Below are positions 1 through 10,463 of a DNA stretch of 64,000 nt, one piece after another. How positions within the stretch are numbered: the first letter of the stretch is position 1; every line of letters starts with the position of its first letter. The position numbers and the translations under genes were made by a program. The stretch comes from a virus (Duplodnaviria; Caudoviricetes), in the IMG/VR virus record IMGVR_UViG_3300032295_003840, positions 1 to 64,000 of that record, one strand, 5' to 3'. Under the pieces are notes generated by a model. That model worked only from the letters and a program-made list of their open reading frames with translations, did not search any database and was not told where the DNA came from.

Positions 1-452
1 ATCAGTTCTTCGGCACGAGTCAGATCAATGTTCAGTGTGTCTAGCTCGATGTCCAGGAACACTGGAGTGAATCCACTCTGCAGTATGGGGTTTAGTGTGG
101 TGGGGAATCCAGCCACAGGAGTCAGCACCTTGGTGCCAGCTGGAAAATTGTAGCCGCGTTTGCTGGTCAGAGTCTTCATCATCAGCAGATTAGCACTGCT
201 GCCTGAATTGGTCAGGATACCATGCTGGCGATTAAACTGTCGGGGAAATACGGTCTCGAACCGCAGGCAATCATTGCCCATGACCAACCAACCCTTGAGC
301 AGGGTTTCTACCGCGGCCTGAATCTCCTGATGATCAAAGTATGGTCCAGCATAGTGCACCATGTCTTTGCCTGGTGTCCAGGTCTTGGCAGCATCACGAG
401 CCTTGATGATATGCTCGACATTCATCATAATGTCCATCACTTCTTCCGTCAT
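1..452 (-). CDS. DegT/DnrJ-family PLP enzyme, RfbH/DdhC-like sugar dehydratase/aminotransferase (partial, runs off window start)
   Basis: Not in ORF track; my translation from ATG 452: MTEEVMDIM...YAGPYFD...LLKGWLVMG...GILTNSGSSANLL...VLTPVAGFPTTLNPILQSGFTPVFLDI, typical RfbH motifs. Confidence 0.85.
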   Translation of the reverse strand, partial: MTEEVMDIMMNVEHIIKARDAAKTWTPGKDMVHYAGPYFDHQEIQAAVETLLKGWLVMGNDCLRFETVFPRQFNRQHGILTNSGSSANLLMMKTLTSKRGYNFPAGTKVLTPVAGFPTTLNPILQSGFTPVFLDIELDTLNIDLTRAEEL

Positions 453-463
453 AGTAACCTCAA

Positions 464-1144
464 TTAGTAAATAATTTTTTCCCGATATTCCTTGAGCAAC
501 TCCATGCGTTCTGAATATTGAGTACCAGGCCAGTGCACCAACCAATCGCCTTCACGCCATTGACCGTCATTGCCCTTGACGTCTTTGTGGTCCTGATACA
601 TCCAGGGTTGTACTCGATACATCTCATACTCATAGCTGTTCATGAACCGCTGTGGCATGAGTTTGATGATCTCAGAATACTGGTCATAGGTATCTATCAT
701 GAAGCCCTGCTCAGAATAGCGATGGTTTACAAAATCTGGCATGCTGTCCATGAGGTAGCTAAAATAGGTTCTGCTGTTTTCTGAGTTACGAATCAGCATG
801 CTATCATTGTTGATGATTTCATTGAAGTCGCCGCTGACAATGATGTCATATTTACCGTCAGGATCGGCCTCGGCAATTTTGTCTTCAATCTTGATGGTAT
901 GATTCATGATCATGCTATCTGTGCCAGTCCACCAGATCCATTCACAGTCTTCATAGGTCTCCAGCAAATCTAGAATGAACTGCATGCGTTCCCAGCCCAT
1001 GAAGCGCGGCTCAAACACCCAGTCATCGGTCTTGGCACATACGGAATATCCATGTCGTTCAGCATAGGGCACTTTGTTGTTGTCCCAGGTAGCCGCGGAT
1101 AACTCGGCATAGTTAGTTGTATGGCAGGTTGCTAGTATGATCAT
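464..1144 (-). CDS. Glycosyltransferase, GT34 (GMA12/MNN10)-like
   Basis: NKVPYAERHGY, WIWWTGTDSMIMN, INNDSMLIRN, EQ, QRFMNSY, GDWLVHWPG motifs. Confidence 0.8.
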   Translation of the reverse strand: MIILATCHTTNYAELSAATWDNNKVPYAERHGYSVCAKTDDWVFEPRFMGWERMQFILDLLETYEDCEWIWWTGTDSMIMNHTIKIEDKIAEADPDGKYDIIVSGDFNEIINNDSMLIRNSENSRTYFSYLMDSMPDFVNHRYSEQGFMIDTYDQYSEIIKLMPQRFMNSYEYEMYRVQPWMYQDHKDVKGNDGQWREGDWLVHWPGTQYSERMELLKEYREKIIY

Positions 1145-2007
1145 GCTATCTGTTCCTTTAACAATTCAATTTTCTCAACAAGTTTTACTCCAAATTTGTC
1201 CCATAGCAGACTATCTTCTTCGTCATTGAAATCATTCATGGTCCACCAGGCATCACCAATGGTGCCACCAGCAGCCTCGGGCGGACGATCGCCAGGACCG
1301 CGTCGTTGTTTGACATCTTTGAAGTATTGCCAGCTACGACACTGATAATGATTGATGCGCATTATTTCATGCAGAGCAGTACCAGGGCATCCATTTTCCT
1401 GACGATTCAATCCACAGTGTGGAGGAATAATTCTGCCAAGAAGATCAACAGTGCCCAGTTCCGTTGTATACACGTGCGGGTTGGTTACTTGAATGCTGCC
1501 CGCATGACGTCCTTTGACTATGGGTTTCATGTGATGATTGACTGGCTCGGTAAATTGACTGCGGCGAGTAAATCCCTGTGTAATAAGTTCTGGTTCTGTC
1601 TGATGTCCATTGCTACCAAAGTTTACCCAATAGACGCCCAGGGCGCTGATGGGGGCGTCATTGTACATCTCCAGAGTATTGCGTATGGTGGGCTGCACCA
1701 AGGGAAGATGAAACTCATCACCATCGGCCCAGATTAACCAATCCAGATCCTGTCTGGGACCATCCATGATAGCCTGCTGCACTGCTGGATAGGTATTATA
1801 CCCTGAACAGTCAGCTCTGTCAATATCGTAGTGCTGAGAAAGACGTTCCAACCAACCCACTACTGGGTCAGTTGGATCGCCTGGCATGCTATGATTGCGT
1901 ATGATAAAACGGTCCACACCATTGATCAGATAATAGGCAAACCATTCTAAAAAGCTATGATGGTCCAGACGCTGTACGCTGGCCACTCCAATTTTCATTT
2001 CATTCAT
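1141..2007 (-). CDS. Glycosyltransferase, GT92/GT2-like
   Basis: FLEWFAYYLINGVDRFII, WLIWADGDEF, YWVNFGSNGH, K-x-IV, RINHYQCRS. Confidence 0.75.
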   Translation of the reverse strand: MNEMKIGVASVQRLDHHSFLEWFAYYLINGVDRFIIRNHSMPGDPTDPVVGWLERLSQHYDIDRADCSGYNTYPAVQQAIMDGPRQDLDWLIWADGDEFHLPLVQPTIRNTLEMYNDAPISALGVYWVNFGSNGHQTEPELITQGFTRRSQFTEPVNHHMKPIVKGRHAGSIQVTNPHVYTTELGTVDLLGRIIPPHCGLNRQENGCPGTALHEIMRINHYQCRSWQYFKDVKQRRGPGDRPPEAAGGTIGDAWWTMNDFNDEEDSLLWDKFGVKLVEKIELLKEQIA

Positions 2008-2017
2008 AATTTTATTT

Positions 2018-3004
2018 CTAGGCCCAGACCTCTTCCCAGTTTCCTGTCAATGCTCCTTTGGCGTAGTCTGTGGCACGGTTTTCAAAGAAGTTTGTATGTG
2101 TAGGAGCATTGATCATTTCCTCGACCCAGGGCAGTGGATTCTTTTTACGTTTAAAGATTCCCTTGAGCCCCAGTGCAATGAGTCTACGATCTGCGATATA
2201 ACGTATATATTCCTTGACTTCTTCGGCTGTAAGGTTTTCTACCCCGCCCAGGCCAAAAGATAGATCAATGAATCTGTCTTCGAGCTCCACCATCTTTTCT
2301 GCAATTGTATAAATTTTTGCTTTAAGGTCGTCATTCCAGATCTCCGGATTTTCATTGATATAGGTACGGAACAACTTGATCATGCTTTCACAGTGCTGAG
2401 TTTCGTCTACAATGCTCCAGGTCACAATCTGTCCCATGCCCTTCATTTTACCGGTGCGTGGGAAGTTAAGTAGCATGATAAAGGAACTGAATAGCTGCAT
2501 GCCTTCGGTGAAAGCACTGAATACTGCAATATGAGTAGCAGTACTAGCAGCATCGCCATTCTGTGAGCTAATATCAAGAATGTAATCGTGCTTGTCACGC
2601 ATTTCTGCATATTCCAGGAACTCATTGTAGGTGCTCTCCGGCATGCCCAGTGTTTCGATTAAGTGACTATAGGCTGCAACATGCAGGGCTTCGCGGGCAG
2701 CAAATCCCAGCAACATCATTCTTACCTCGGGCTGACGGAAATAGGGCAGGTAGTTTTTAACATAACCACCGGCCACATCGATGTCGCCCTGAGTAAAGAA
2801 ACGAAAGATGTTGGTCAGGAAATTCTTCTCAGCAGCACTGAGCTTGGTTTTCCAATCCTTGACATCTTCCAGCATGGGCACTTCGGTATGCAGCCAATGG
2901 CTTTGTTCGTGCTTGAGCCAGGCATCATAGGCCCAGGGGAAATGAAACGGCTTGAAGCTGTTTCGGTCGTCGACCAGACGTAGTTTTTCTTTTTTAGGAG
3001 CCAT
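2018..3004 (-). CDS. nrdB: Ribonucleotide reductase class I beta subunit
   Basis: FFTQGD, REALHVAAYS, FTEGMQLFSSF, VDETQH di-iron ligands; NFFENRATDY tail. Confidence 0.97.
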   Translation of the reverse strand: MAPKKEKLRLVDDRNSFKPFHFPWAYDAWLKHEQSHWLHTEVPMLEDVKDWKTKLSAAEKNFLTNIFRFFTQGDIDVAGGYVKNYLPYFRQPEVRMMLLGFAAREALHVAAYSHLIETLGMPESTYNEFLEYAEMRDKHDYILDISSQNGDAASTATHIAVFSAFTEGMQLFSSFIMLLNFPRTGKMKGMGQIVTWSIVDETQHCESMIKLFRTYINENPEIWNDDLKAKIYTIAEKMVELEDRFIDLSFGLGGVENLTAEEVKEYIRYIADRRLIALGLKGIFKRKKNPLPWVEEMINAPTHTNFFENRATDYAKGALTGNWEEVWA

Positions 3005-3006
3005 GT

Positions 3007-3426
3007 TTATTCACACCAACTTTTCTTAGCTTCTCCATTGTAAGGCCGTGCGAGCTTGTTGTCAATAAGCATTTTACTTAAACTTTGACCATCGATGATT
3101 ACATCGCCCAGCACACGTCCACCGAATTTGTCCCAGTCTTTGATTTCGATTTGAATCTTTTTAGCCTCGGCTATCTTTTTCTTGGTAAAGTCTGTGGCTG
3201 CCTGTCCACCCTTGGCTTCTTTTTCACACTTGGCGCGGGGTGCCTTCTCTGGTGTGTCTACACCCAAGACACGCAGACTCAGCAACGGTTTGAGGGGTGC
3301 AGGTAACCATTTGGCTTCGAACTCTACGGTGTCGCCATCCTTGACTCTGGTAATTTTCCAGTCATAGACCTCGGCCTGTGCTACAGTACTGATCATTAAT
3401 GTCAGTGCCAGTAAAATTTTCTTCAT
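3007..3426 (-). CDS. Thermonuclease (SNase-like) with signal peptide
   Basis: RVKDGDTV, LRVLGVDTPEK, DKFGGRVLG; MKKILLAL..AQA signal. Confidence 0.9.
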   Translation of the reverse strand: MKKILLALTLMISTVAQAEVYDWKITRVKDGDTVEFEAKWLPAPLKPLLSLRVLGVDTPEKAPRAKCEKEAKGGQAATDFTKKKIAEAKKIQIEIKDWDKFGGRVLGDVIIDGQSLSKMLIDNKLARPYNGEAKKSWCE

Positions 3427-3582
3427 TTTTTTCTCCTTAGTTATTTTCCATGTCTTCAATGAACATCATCATGATTAGAAATCCTGCCAGACTCAGCAGC
3501 ATGCCAACTGCATCGGCCCGACTTATACACCAGGTCAACAATACCCAGAATGATGCAAAGTTCGTGGCCTGCATGGCTGCTC

Positions 3583-4218
3583 CTATTCGTACATTACTGT
3601 GTCGCTGTCGCCCAAACTCCATTTAGGATTTTGTTCCACGACATATTTTTTAGTACAGACTTTAAAGTCAGGAAACTTCATCTGCTTTGGATTGCTGGCA
3701 GCATCCAAGAACAGACAACGATTGTTGGGTTGTGCTGCATACTGACCATTGTCTAGTTCGATGAAATTGAAACTCTTGTGATCCTCGGGCCATTCAGCAT
3801 AGCTGGTGTCTATGATGTTCAGATCTGGTGCACTGTGGTCAACAGTGAACATATAGTTGCCAGCATAGAACTGCTTGTCCTTGGCATAAAATTTTGCTGT
3901 GAGATTGCGCAGAAATGCCTTCTGTATAACCGTGAAGTCATAGCTAAAGCAATCCCAGATTTGCAACGTATCTAAAGGTAAAAACTTCTTAGAGTCAAGA
4001 TTCTCTGCGCGTGATACGAACGCATGCAGAGGTAGTTTGTCATAAAGTGCTCCATAGTTGGGTAAGTATGCCTCTATTCTAAATGCCTGTCCACGTATGC
4101 TCTTCAGGCTAACCCAGATACAGGGTTCGTATTCTCCATGACCTTTTTCAAAGTCATAGAGAAATTCCCGACGAACATAGCCGTGTACCGGCGGTATGTT
4201 AGATACCAAATGCGCCAT
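3583..4218 (-). CDS. Conserved hypothetical phage protein
   Basis: 211-aa ORF between nrdA and SNase; WDCFSY and GQYAAQPNNR motifs; no function recognised. Confidence 0.75.
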   Translation of the reverse strand: MAHLVSNIPPVHGYVRREFLYDFEKGHGEYEPCIWVSLKSIRGQAFRIEAYLPNYGALYDKLPLHAFVSRAENLDSKKFLPLDTLQIWDCFSYDFTVIQKAFLRNLTAKFYAKDKQFYAGNYMFTVDHSAPDLNIIDTSYAEWPEDHKSFNFIELDNGQYAAQPNNRCLFLDAASNPKQMKFPDFKVCTKKYVVEQNPKWSLGDSDTVMYE

Positions 4219-4284
4219 GTGTGTACATCCAAAATAATAAAGCGATTAAACAAATTGCGATGAGCCAGTCTATGATGTCCATGT

Positions 4285-6084
4285 TTATCCTTCGCAGGCC
4301 AGGCACTCATTGCCTTCGGCCAGAGCTTTAAGATCAATTTCCTGAATTACTTGTCGCTCGATCTTCTTTGCGACCTTGTCTGCTTTGCCAATCTTTTCGC
4401 TTCGGCAGTAGTAGAGCGTCTTGAGTCCGGACTTCCAGGCCTGGAAATGTACTGCGTGAATGTATTTAACATTTGCGTCGGGTCTGAAGAACAAATTGAG
4501 GCTCTGAGCTTGATCGATGTATTGCTGGCGGTCACTGGCATGCTGTACAAGCCATCGCTGATCGATCTCCATGCTGGTCTTGAAGACTTCTCGAGTCCAG
4601 TCGTCCAGTACGTCGGTAAGGTGCTGCACGCTGCCGTCATTGGCAATGATGCTGCTCCATACTTCATTGTAATCGAGCTTGGCGTCGGCTTCACAGCGTA
4701 GTCTGATGATGGCATCCAGGTATCGGTTCTTGTTGAGAGTACTTCCTGAAAGCGTATCTTGTCGGTAAGCATTAGCACGATAAGGCTCAATGCTAGGGCT
4801 AGTATTACCCATAAGGATGCTGCTGCTGGCGTTGGGAGCAATAGCCATGAGATGACTAAAACGCCGCCCAGTGCCAGCAGCATCTGGAGCCTCGCCTCTT
4901 TCTTTTCCAAGTTCTTGGTTTGCATGATCTAGTCCTGTCTTGATGTGTTTGAAGATTTGATGGTTACGTCCCACAGCCATAGCACTTTCCCACGGGAGGC
5001 TGTTACGCTGAAGATAAGCATGCCAACCAAGAGCGCCAATACCAATGCTGCGCTCACGGGCAGCTGAAAACTTAGCCCGGCTGATAGTGTCAGGAGCATT
5101 GTCAATGAAATACTGCAGAACATTATCCAGCATCTCAGCAACATCTTTAAGAAATGTAGCATCTTTTTTCCATTCGTCGTAGTACTCTAGGTTTACTGAG
5201 CTTAGGCAGCAGACCGCAGTACGTTGCTTGTCTGTGGGCAGTATGATTTCGCTGCACAGATTGCTTTGGCGTATGCTTAATCCCAGTTTCTTCTGGAAGT
5301 CAGGCATGGCACGATTACTGGTATCTATGAAGTGCAGATAGGGCTCACCAGTCTGCATGCGCATTTCCAGAATACGCTGCCAGAGATCTCGGGCACTGAC
5401 TCGGTCCTTGACTTCCTTGCTATGCGGATCCTTCAACTCCCAGGTATCGTCAGCTGTCTTGTCCAGCATGCAGCGTTCAATGAGCTGCATGAAGTCATCG
5501 GTGATGTTGATGCCATGATGCAGGTTCAGGGCTCTCATGTTGGGATCGCCCGTGGGTTTACGCATTTCTAGGAATATAAGAATATCAGGATGACTGATAT
5601 CAAGGTAAGCAGCGTAAGAGCCACGGCGAGTTCTGCCCTGTCTATAAGCCAAAGAAGATGCATCGTAGGTACGCAAGTGAGGCATAATGCCAACCGATTT
5701 ATCATCTGCCGAACGAATACCCAGACCAATTCCAACTCCTCCTCCTAGCATGGAAAGCCAGTTGACTTCCGACAGAGTGTCGACCAGACCTTCCGCACTA
5801 TCGTCCAGATAAGGTAGAAAACAGCTGATAGGCAAACCGCGCTTACTGCGCCCAAAACTAAGGATAGGAGTGCTATAAGATAACCAATGACGACTACTGT
5901 ACTCATAAAGCCGTTGAGCGTGATCCGGGTCAGATCCAAAGCGCGAACTAACATAGGCGAACCTTTCTTGTGGTGATGTTTCGTCTTCTCTCATGTAGCT
6001 TTCGCGCAGTCTTTTAATGCCTAGCTCGTCAAACAGATTGTCGCGAGAATAGTCTACCGTTATGCCATGTACTTTTACCGACAT
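4285..6084 (-). CDS. nrdA: Ribonucleotide reductase class I alpha subunit (no ATP cone)
   Basis: PISCF, GGGVG, QSNLCSEI, VCCLSS, AIAPNASSS, KTLYYCRS, C-terminal CLACEG. Confidence 0.97.
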   Translation of the reverse strand: MSVKVHGITVDYSRDNLFDELGIKRLRESYMREDETSPQERFAYVSSRFGSDPDHAQRLYEYSSRHWLSYSTPILSFGRSKRGLPISCFLPYLDDSAEGLVDTLSEVNWLSMLGGGVGIGLGIRSADDKSVGIMPHLRTYDASSLAYRQGRTRRGSYAAYLDISHPDILIFLEMRKPTGDPNMRALNLHHGINITDDFMQLIERCMLDKTADDTWELKDPHSKEVKDRVSARDLWQRILEMRMQTGEPYLHFIDTSNRAMPDFQKKLGLSIRQSNLCSEIILPTDKQRTAVCCLSSVNLEYYDEWKKDATFLKDVAEMLDNVLQYFIDNAPDTISRAKFSAARERSIGIGALGWHAYLQRNSLPWESAMAVGRNHQIFKHIKTGLDHANQELGKERGEAPDAAGTGRRFSHLMAIAPNASSSILMGNTSPSIEPYRANAYRQDTLSGSTLNKNRYLDAIIRLRCEADAKLDYNEVWSSIIANDGSVQHLTDVLDDWTREVFKTSMEIDQRWLVQHASDRQQYIDQAQSLNLFFRPDANVKYIHAVHFQAWKSGLKTLYYCRSEKIGKADKVAKKIERQVIQEIDLKALAEGNECLACEG

Positions 6085-6104
6085 TTATTTTACTCCAAAA
6101 ATTA

Positions 6105-6371
6105 TTATTTGATTTCTTCGAATATCTTCTTTTGATCCCTGTACCATTCGTTCCAGGCATCTACTTTTACAGCACATTCATGATACAGTGTATAGTTATT
6201 CACTACGGTGGTGTGTAGGTCAACTATGGAAACCGTGTCTGGTTTTAATGTCTGTAGTGTGGGGCAGGGCTGAGTCAGTGTTGGAGGAGCCTTGGGAAAT
6301 TTAACTGTGACTGGCACAGTTGTGCTGCAGCCAGTCAACAGCAGTAAAAATATCAATGCAATTCTTTTCAT
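6105..6371 (-). CDS. Outer-membrane spanin (Rz1-like lipoprotein)
   Basis: Lipobox LLTGC, Pro-rich PKAPPTLTQPC, YHEC; follows i-spanin. Confidence 0.75.
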   Translation of the reverse strand: MKRIALIFLLLLTGCSTTVPVTVKFPKAPPTLTQPCPTLQTLKPDTVSIVDLHTTVVNNYTLYHECAVKVDAWNEWYRDQKKIFEEIK

Positions 6372-6895
6372 TTGTTTTCAGTAGCTCGGTTATGTTCTTC
6401 GATGATGATGCGTGGCACAGGACAATTTTTTATTGCATCCTGTAACTCTTTTTGCTTGGCCAAAAATGCTGCACGTTCAGTTTCACTCATGTCTTTGATG
6501 ATCTCAACGGTGTCGCCTTTGACCAGACGATTGACATACTCAATCTGAATCTTGGCCTTTTCACGCACAACCTTGGTCTTTTCCACTACACGTGTTTCTA
6601 TCTGTGTATTGGTCTGCTCTGACTTAGCCTCGGCAGCCTTGACCTTGGCTTCCATGTCAGCCACACGAGCACGCCAGGCTCGCTCATTGCTCATGCCGCC
6701 TTGGAAATATACACCAGTGACCAGCAATACTGTGCCCAGTACTCGAGCCAGGGTTGCATACTGATCAATGATGGGAATGCGTCTCAGCAAGGATCCAGCC
6801 AGCACAGCAGCCAGGCCTGTAAACGTAATGGCATGCACCACTGCAGTCAACCAGGCGTCGGGTATTAGGCTCAGCATCCACATAATTTGATCCAT
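6368..6895 (-). CDS. Inner-membrane spanin (Rz-like)
   Basis: N-terminal TM helices, coiled coil, C-terminal CPVP..HN; overlaps lipoprotein gene. Confidence 0.7.
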   Translation of the reverse strand: MDQIMWMLSLIPDAWLTAVVHAITFTGLAAVLAGSLLRRIPIIDQYATLARVLGTVLLVTGVYFQGGMSNERAWRARVADMEAKVKAAEAKSEQTNTQIETRVVEKTKVVREKAKIQIEYVNRLVKGDTVEIIKDMSETERAAFLAKQKELQDAIKNCPVPRIIIEEHNRATENK

Positions 6896-6911
6896 GAACG
6901 TCGTCTCCTAT

Positions 6912-7604
6912 TTATGTATTTTCCGTTTTGATCATGGGTACAATCTTGGCCAACTCACGAGCGCAGTCCTGGGCAATGCGCTGATGTTCCAGCTGCGTGC
7001 CATTGGCACTGCGCAGTTCTATGTAGTGGATCCAGCTTCGCACCGTGCCTGCCATGTAGAGCCGGCTCTGTGTCAGTCCCTCGGGCAAGATGGCTCGTGC
7101 CTGTTCCTTGGCAATGCCATTATCCAGGGCCCAGGTATAGGTATTATCAACCCACTCAATGAGTTCTTTCTGCTTGCGTTCCCATTGCAGGGCAATATAC
7201 CGGTTCTCAATGTCCTGCTCTTCAATGGGTATGCTGTTCTGACGATTGGTTGTATCCTGCAGACGAGCTTCGCGTATGGCAAATTCCAGACCCGATCCAA
7301 TGTCTGTGACACTGGCATAGCGTTGACTAAACTCCTGAAAACTAAAACTGCGATGACGCAGAATCTGTCGGGCAATGTCGCGAGTGGTAACAATCTCCAT
7401 GGTCACTGATGCCATCTCAAAAGGACTCCAGTGTTGATTGCGTATCAGATATTTGATTAGTTTAGCGTTGGTTTCTGTGTTGTGCTGATTGCTGGGATTG
7501 CTGACACGGGCACAATAGGCCACCATGTCCTCGACATCGCCAATGACTTCGGCGTCGGGAAAGTCTGGATGTGGTTGAGAATAGCTTACTAGTTTGACTG
7601 ACAT
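6912..7604 (-). CDS. thyX: Flavin-dependent thymidylate synthase
   Basis: HWSPFE, RQILRHRSFSFQEFSQRY signature, EQARAILP. Confidence 0.97.
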   Translation of the reverse strand: MSVKLVSYSQPHPDFPDAEVIGDVEDMVAYCARVSNPSNQHNTETNAKLIKYLIRNQHWSPFEMASVTMEIVTTRDIARQILRHRSFSFQEFSQRYASVTDIGSGLEFAIREARLQDTTNRQNSIPIEEQDIENRYIALQWERKQKELIEWVDNTYTWALDNGIAKEQARAILPEGLTQSRLYMAGTVRSWIHYIELRSANGTQLEHQRIAQDCARELAKIVPMIKTENT

Positions 7605-7605
7605 G

Positions 7606-8649
7606 TTACACCTTTTTCCAATTATTAAATTCCACTGTGGCACGCAGTCCACTGTAGGTACGATTGTCTATGATCTGTGCCAGTGTTCGGGCATCCAGAC
7701 CTGGATTCTCCAGAACATAGTCATTGAGATCTTTACTGTCTGTATCGGGCCAGATGAACACATTGTATCCAGCCTCAATGATCTTTTTATATACAGCCAC
7801 TACCTCACGGTTACGGGGCTGATTATCTATCACCACAGTTAACCGGCGCTGTTCAATTCCAAGATCAGCAATCCTATGAAAGCCAGTGCCACCAACAGCA
7901 ATAGCGTTAGGAAGAAATAGACTATCAATTGGTCCCTCCACGGCATAGACTGTGGTCAGTGGATTGACTTCGTCTAGACCAAACACCTGTGGTGCATCTT
8001 CATCGATGCGGACCATTATATATCGTAACGCCTCACCTCGCAGAGCTCTGCAGGTCATGCCCAGCAATTTACCGCTGCCATCGCGAAACGGAATCACCAG
8101 TCTGGGTTCTGCAGTACGAATCTTGTCCTTCATCTTGGGACTGATCTGACCAATCTTGCGCATGTTGTCAACAAAGTACAGACGGCTTAACTGGTAGTCT
8201 GGAATGCGTCTTTCAGCACAGAACTTTCTGACTTCATGATCAGCAGGCAGCTGATCCACCCGATCCAGCAGTTGGTCCAGCAGACTGGGTGCTGGCAGTA
8301 TGTCTTCGGCAGATGTAAAGTTAAACTGCTGCTTTAATTCAGCTTCGGGGTTGGCATGTGCCTTGCGGTTCTCACCATTGGCATAGCGTTCCAGACGATA
8401 CTCACGATACAGGTTGGCATCGAAGTCTTTCAAGAAGGTACCAAAGTGCTGACTGGCGTCACAGTTATGACACTTGTAGTAGAGATCATTCTTGGCACGA
8501 TAGAAATAACCGCGTGCCTTGTTCTTCTTGGTGGAACTGTCGCCACAGATAACACAACGACAATTATAGATGTACTGACCCTTCTTTTTAAACAGGGGCA
8601 GCTTGTTGGCAATCTGGTTAAGGTATTTTACATCGATGAATAGACTCAT
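7606..8649 (-). CDS. DNA primase (T4 gp61-like)
   Basis: CRCVICGDS...KCHNC zinc finger; VEGPIDSLF and IDNQPRN TOPRIM; KDLND. Confidence 0.95.
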   Translation of the reverse strand: MSLFIDVKYLNQIANKLPLFKKKGQYIYNCRCVICGDSSTKKNKARGYFYRAKNDLYYKCHNCDASQHFGTFLKDFDANLYREYRLERYANGENRKAHANPEAELKQQFNFTSAEDILPAPSLLDQLLDRVDQLPADHEVRKFCAERRIPDYQLSRLYFVDNMRKIGQISPKMKDKIRTAEPRLVIPFRDGSGKLLGMTCRALRGEALRYIMVRIDEDAPQVFGLDEVNPLTTVYAVEGPIDSLFLPNAIAVGGTGFHRIADLGIEQRRLTVVIDNQPRNREVVAVYKKIIEAGYNVFIWPDTDSKDLNDYVLENPGLDARTLAQIIDNRTYSGLRATVEFNNWKKV

Positions 8650-8675
8650 AGAAAAGGCTCCATTGCAGAGCCTTC

Positions 8676-8704
8676 ATTGTATATGAACTTGTATGCAGAG
8701 TCAA
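8676..8704 (-). promoter_or_regulatory. sigma70-type promoter for primase
   Basis: TTGACT-17 bp-TACAAT on minus strand. Confidence 0.65.
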
Positions 8705-8706
8705 TA

Positions 8707-9192
8707 TTATTTTACAGCAATATCTAACATTCCTATGATTTTGTTCATTAGATAGCCGCCGACAATGCCAGCGCCTACCAGCATGTAGCGCCATTTTTCT
8801 AAAGTTTCGATGCGTTTTTCTAAGTCTGTCTGCTTTTGGTTATGATATTTTTGGTCTTCTTTGAGTTCGCGTTTAAGATCGTCTATGCCTTCGATGACAC
8901 ATTTTTGTACTTCGTTTATCTCAGCGCTGAGCTCGCGGGTCGTAGTGGTAATTCGGCTGTGTAGTTCTTTGATATCTTCGTTCATTTCCTGTCTGCGTCG
9001 TTCCAGAAGGTCAAATACATCGGCTGTGGCCTTCTCTCCACGTTCCAATCGTTGGTCGTGTACAGCTAGGATCTTACCAATATCGGCTGTTACATCAGTG
9101 AGTTTATCTATGGCTCGTTCCAGGCGTGTAACCACAGCACTAGATTGGTCCAGTTCTTGTTCTATGACGGCAAGTTGAGTTTCTACGCTCAT
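8707..9192 (-). CDS. Coiled-coil protein with C-terminal TM helix
   Basis: Heptad pattern then WRYMLVGAGIVGGYLM; late-promoter-like CATAAATA upstream. Confidence 0.7.
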   Translation of the reverse strand: MSVETQLAVIEQELDQSSAVVTRLERAIDKLTDVTADIGKILAVHDQRLERGEKATADVFDLLERRRQEMNEDIKELHSRITTTTRELSAEINEVQKCVIEGIDDLKRELKEDQKYHNQKQTDLEKRIETLEKWRYMLVGAGIVGGYLMNKIIGMLDIAVK

Positions 9193-9209
9193 GGTCTTAT
9201 ATTTATGGT

Positions 9210-10463
9210 TTAATAGACTTCACGCCATTGAATACCCACCCCAACTGTGGCAGTATTTGATCCCCGATTTGTAACCATTACAACATACGCTTCGCTGGTG
9301 GTGGCGCTGATGTTCTGTGTAATATAGTTCTTCTTGGCTGTGCTTGGTGCATTGGGTGTTGGGCCAGACGCTGTGGTGGGATTATTACCCTGTCCTGTAG
9401 TAGCACTGATCCAACCATTGTCCATTTCATCAACAGTACCAACCAATGTTGTGGCACTGGTGTTGTAGATGGCTGCGCTGTCTCCTGCAGCTCCCTGATC
9501 GGCACCAACCCAGGTGCCGTTGAGTTGGGCAATACTGCTGACCTTGAGCAATCGCCAGCTGCAGTTTTCACCCGTGGCAAATACATTGATGTTGCCCATG
9601 CGCAGAGTCACGCGATTTTCATAGCCGCGGAAGGTGGGAGCCACACCCAGCGCCATGACCGGTGTGCTGCTGCCTGCGGCCAGTGAGCGCAGGCTGGGAC
9701 TGATTACTGCCCAGTCCACACCATTTTCTATGTAACCGCCTTCGCTCACCACGGTTGAACAGATCTGATCGAAGTAGGCACCGGTGGTGGAACTAGAATT
9801 CAAAAGTTCGCATCTAATGGGCAGATTGGGTGTACTCATGTATACCACGGGCTTGTTGTTGCTGCCGTCAAAGGTATGAGCCACAATGTTTTTACCGTCA
9901 TGAGCAAATCCTACTCGAACTCGACCCACACCCAGCCATTGAAAATCCATGAAGGCTAGCTGAGTCATGTCTATGTCCAGATTAAATTCACTGTCACCGG
10001 TGCCATCACAGCGGTCAACATTCCAGCTACTCTGGGCTATGCGTTCTTCCTGCACCGATCCTGCGGTATAGGTTCGCAGCACCCAGTATAATTGACCGTT
10101 GGCTGCCTGTTCAAAATAGATTCCGTTGCGGTCATCAAAGTAACCAGTGCGTTTTACTATGCCAGACGTGGCAGTATAAAAATTAAAGCTGCTTAATATT
10201 AGCTGACTTTTGCCGGGCATGTAGTGATGATACATCTTGCTCTGATGCACTACACGACTGCTGGTGCTGCTGGTCACAGTAAGACGGGCACAGGCCTGAT
10301 TGGCCTGAAATGTTACGGTGCCGCTGCTCCATACTGCATTGTGAAAATTTGGATCCAGACCATAGAGATGCTTGTAGTCACCCAGAGTAAAGGGATGACT
10401 GGTTCGTTGCCGACCAAAGGCATCGATGTCCACTACCTGAGGGTTTTGAAATAAATAGGTCAT
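9210..10463 (-). CDS. Hypothetical, probable virion beta-rich structural protein
   Basis: DAFGRQRTS start, DFQWLGVGRVRVGF motif, S/T-rich. Confidence 0.6.
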   Translation of the reverse strand: MTYLFQNPQVVDIDAFGRQRTSHPFTLGDYKHLYGLDPNFHNAVWSSGTVTFQANQACARLTVTSSTSSRVVHQSKMYHHYMPGKSQLILSSFNFYTATSGIVKRTGYFDDRNGIYFEQAANGQLYWVLRTYTAGSVQEERIAQSSWNVDRCDGTGDSEFNLDIDMTQLAFMDFQWLGVGRVRVGFAHDGKNIVAHTFDGSNNKPVVYMSTPNLPIRCELLNSSSTTGAYFDQICSTVVSEGGYIENGVDWAVISPSLRSLAAGSSTPVMALGVAPTFRGYENRVTLRMGNINVFATGENCSWRLLKVSSIAQLNGTWVGADQGAAGDSAAIYNTSATTLVGTVDEMDNGWISATTGQGNNPTTASGPTPNAPSTAKKNYITQNISATTSEAYVVMVTNRGSNTATVGVGIQWREVY

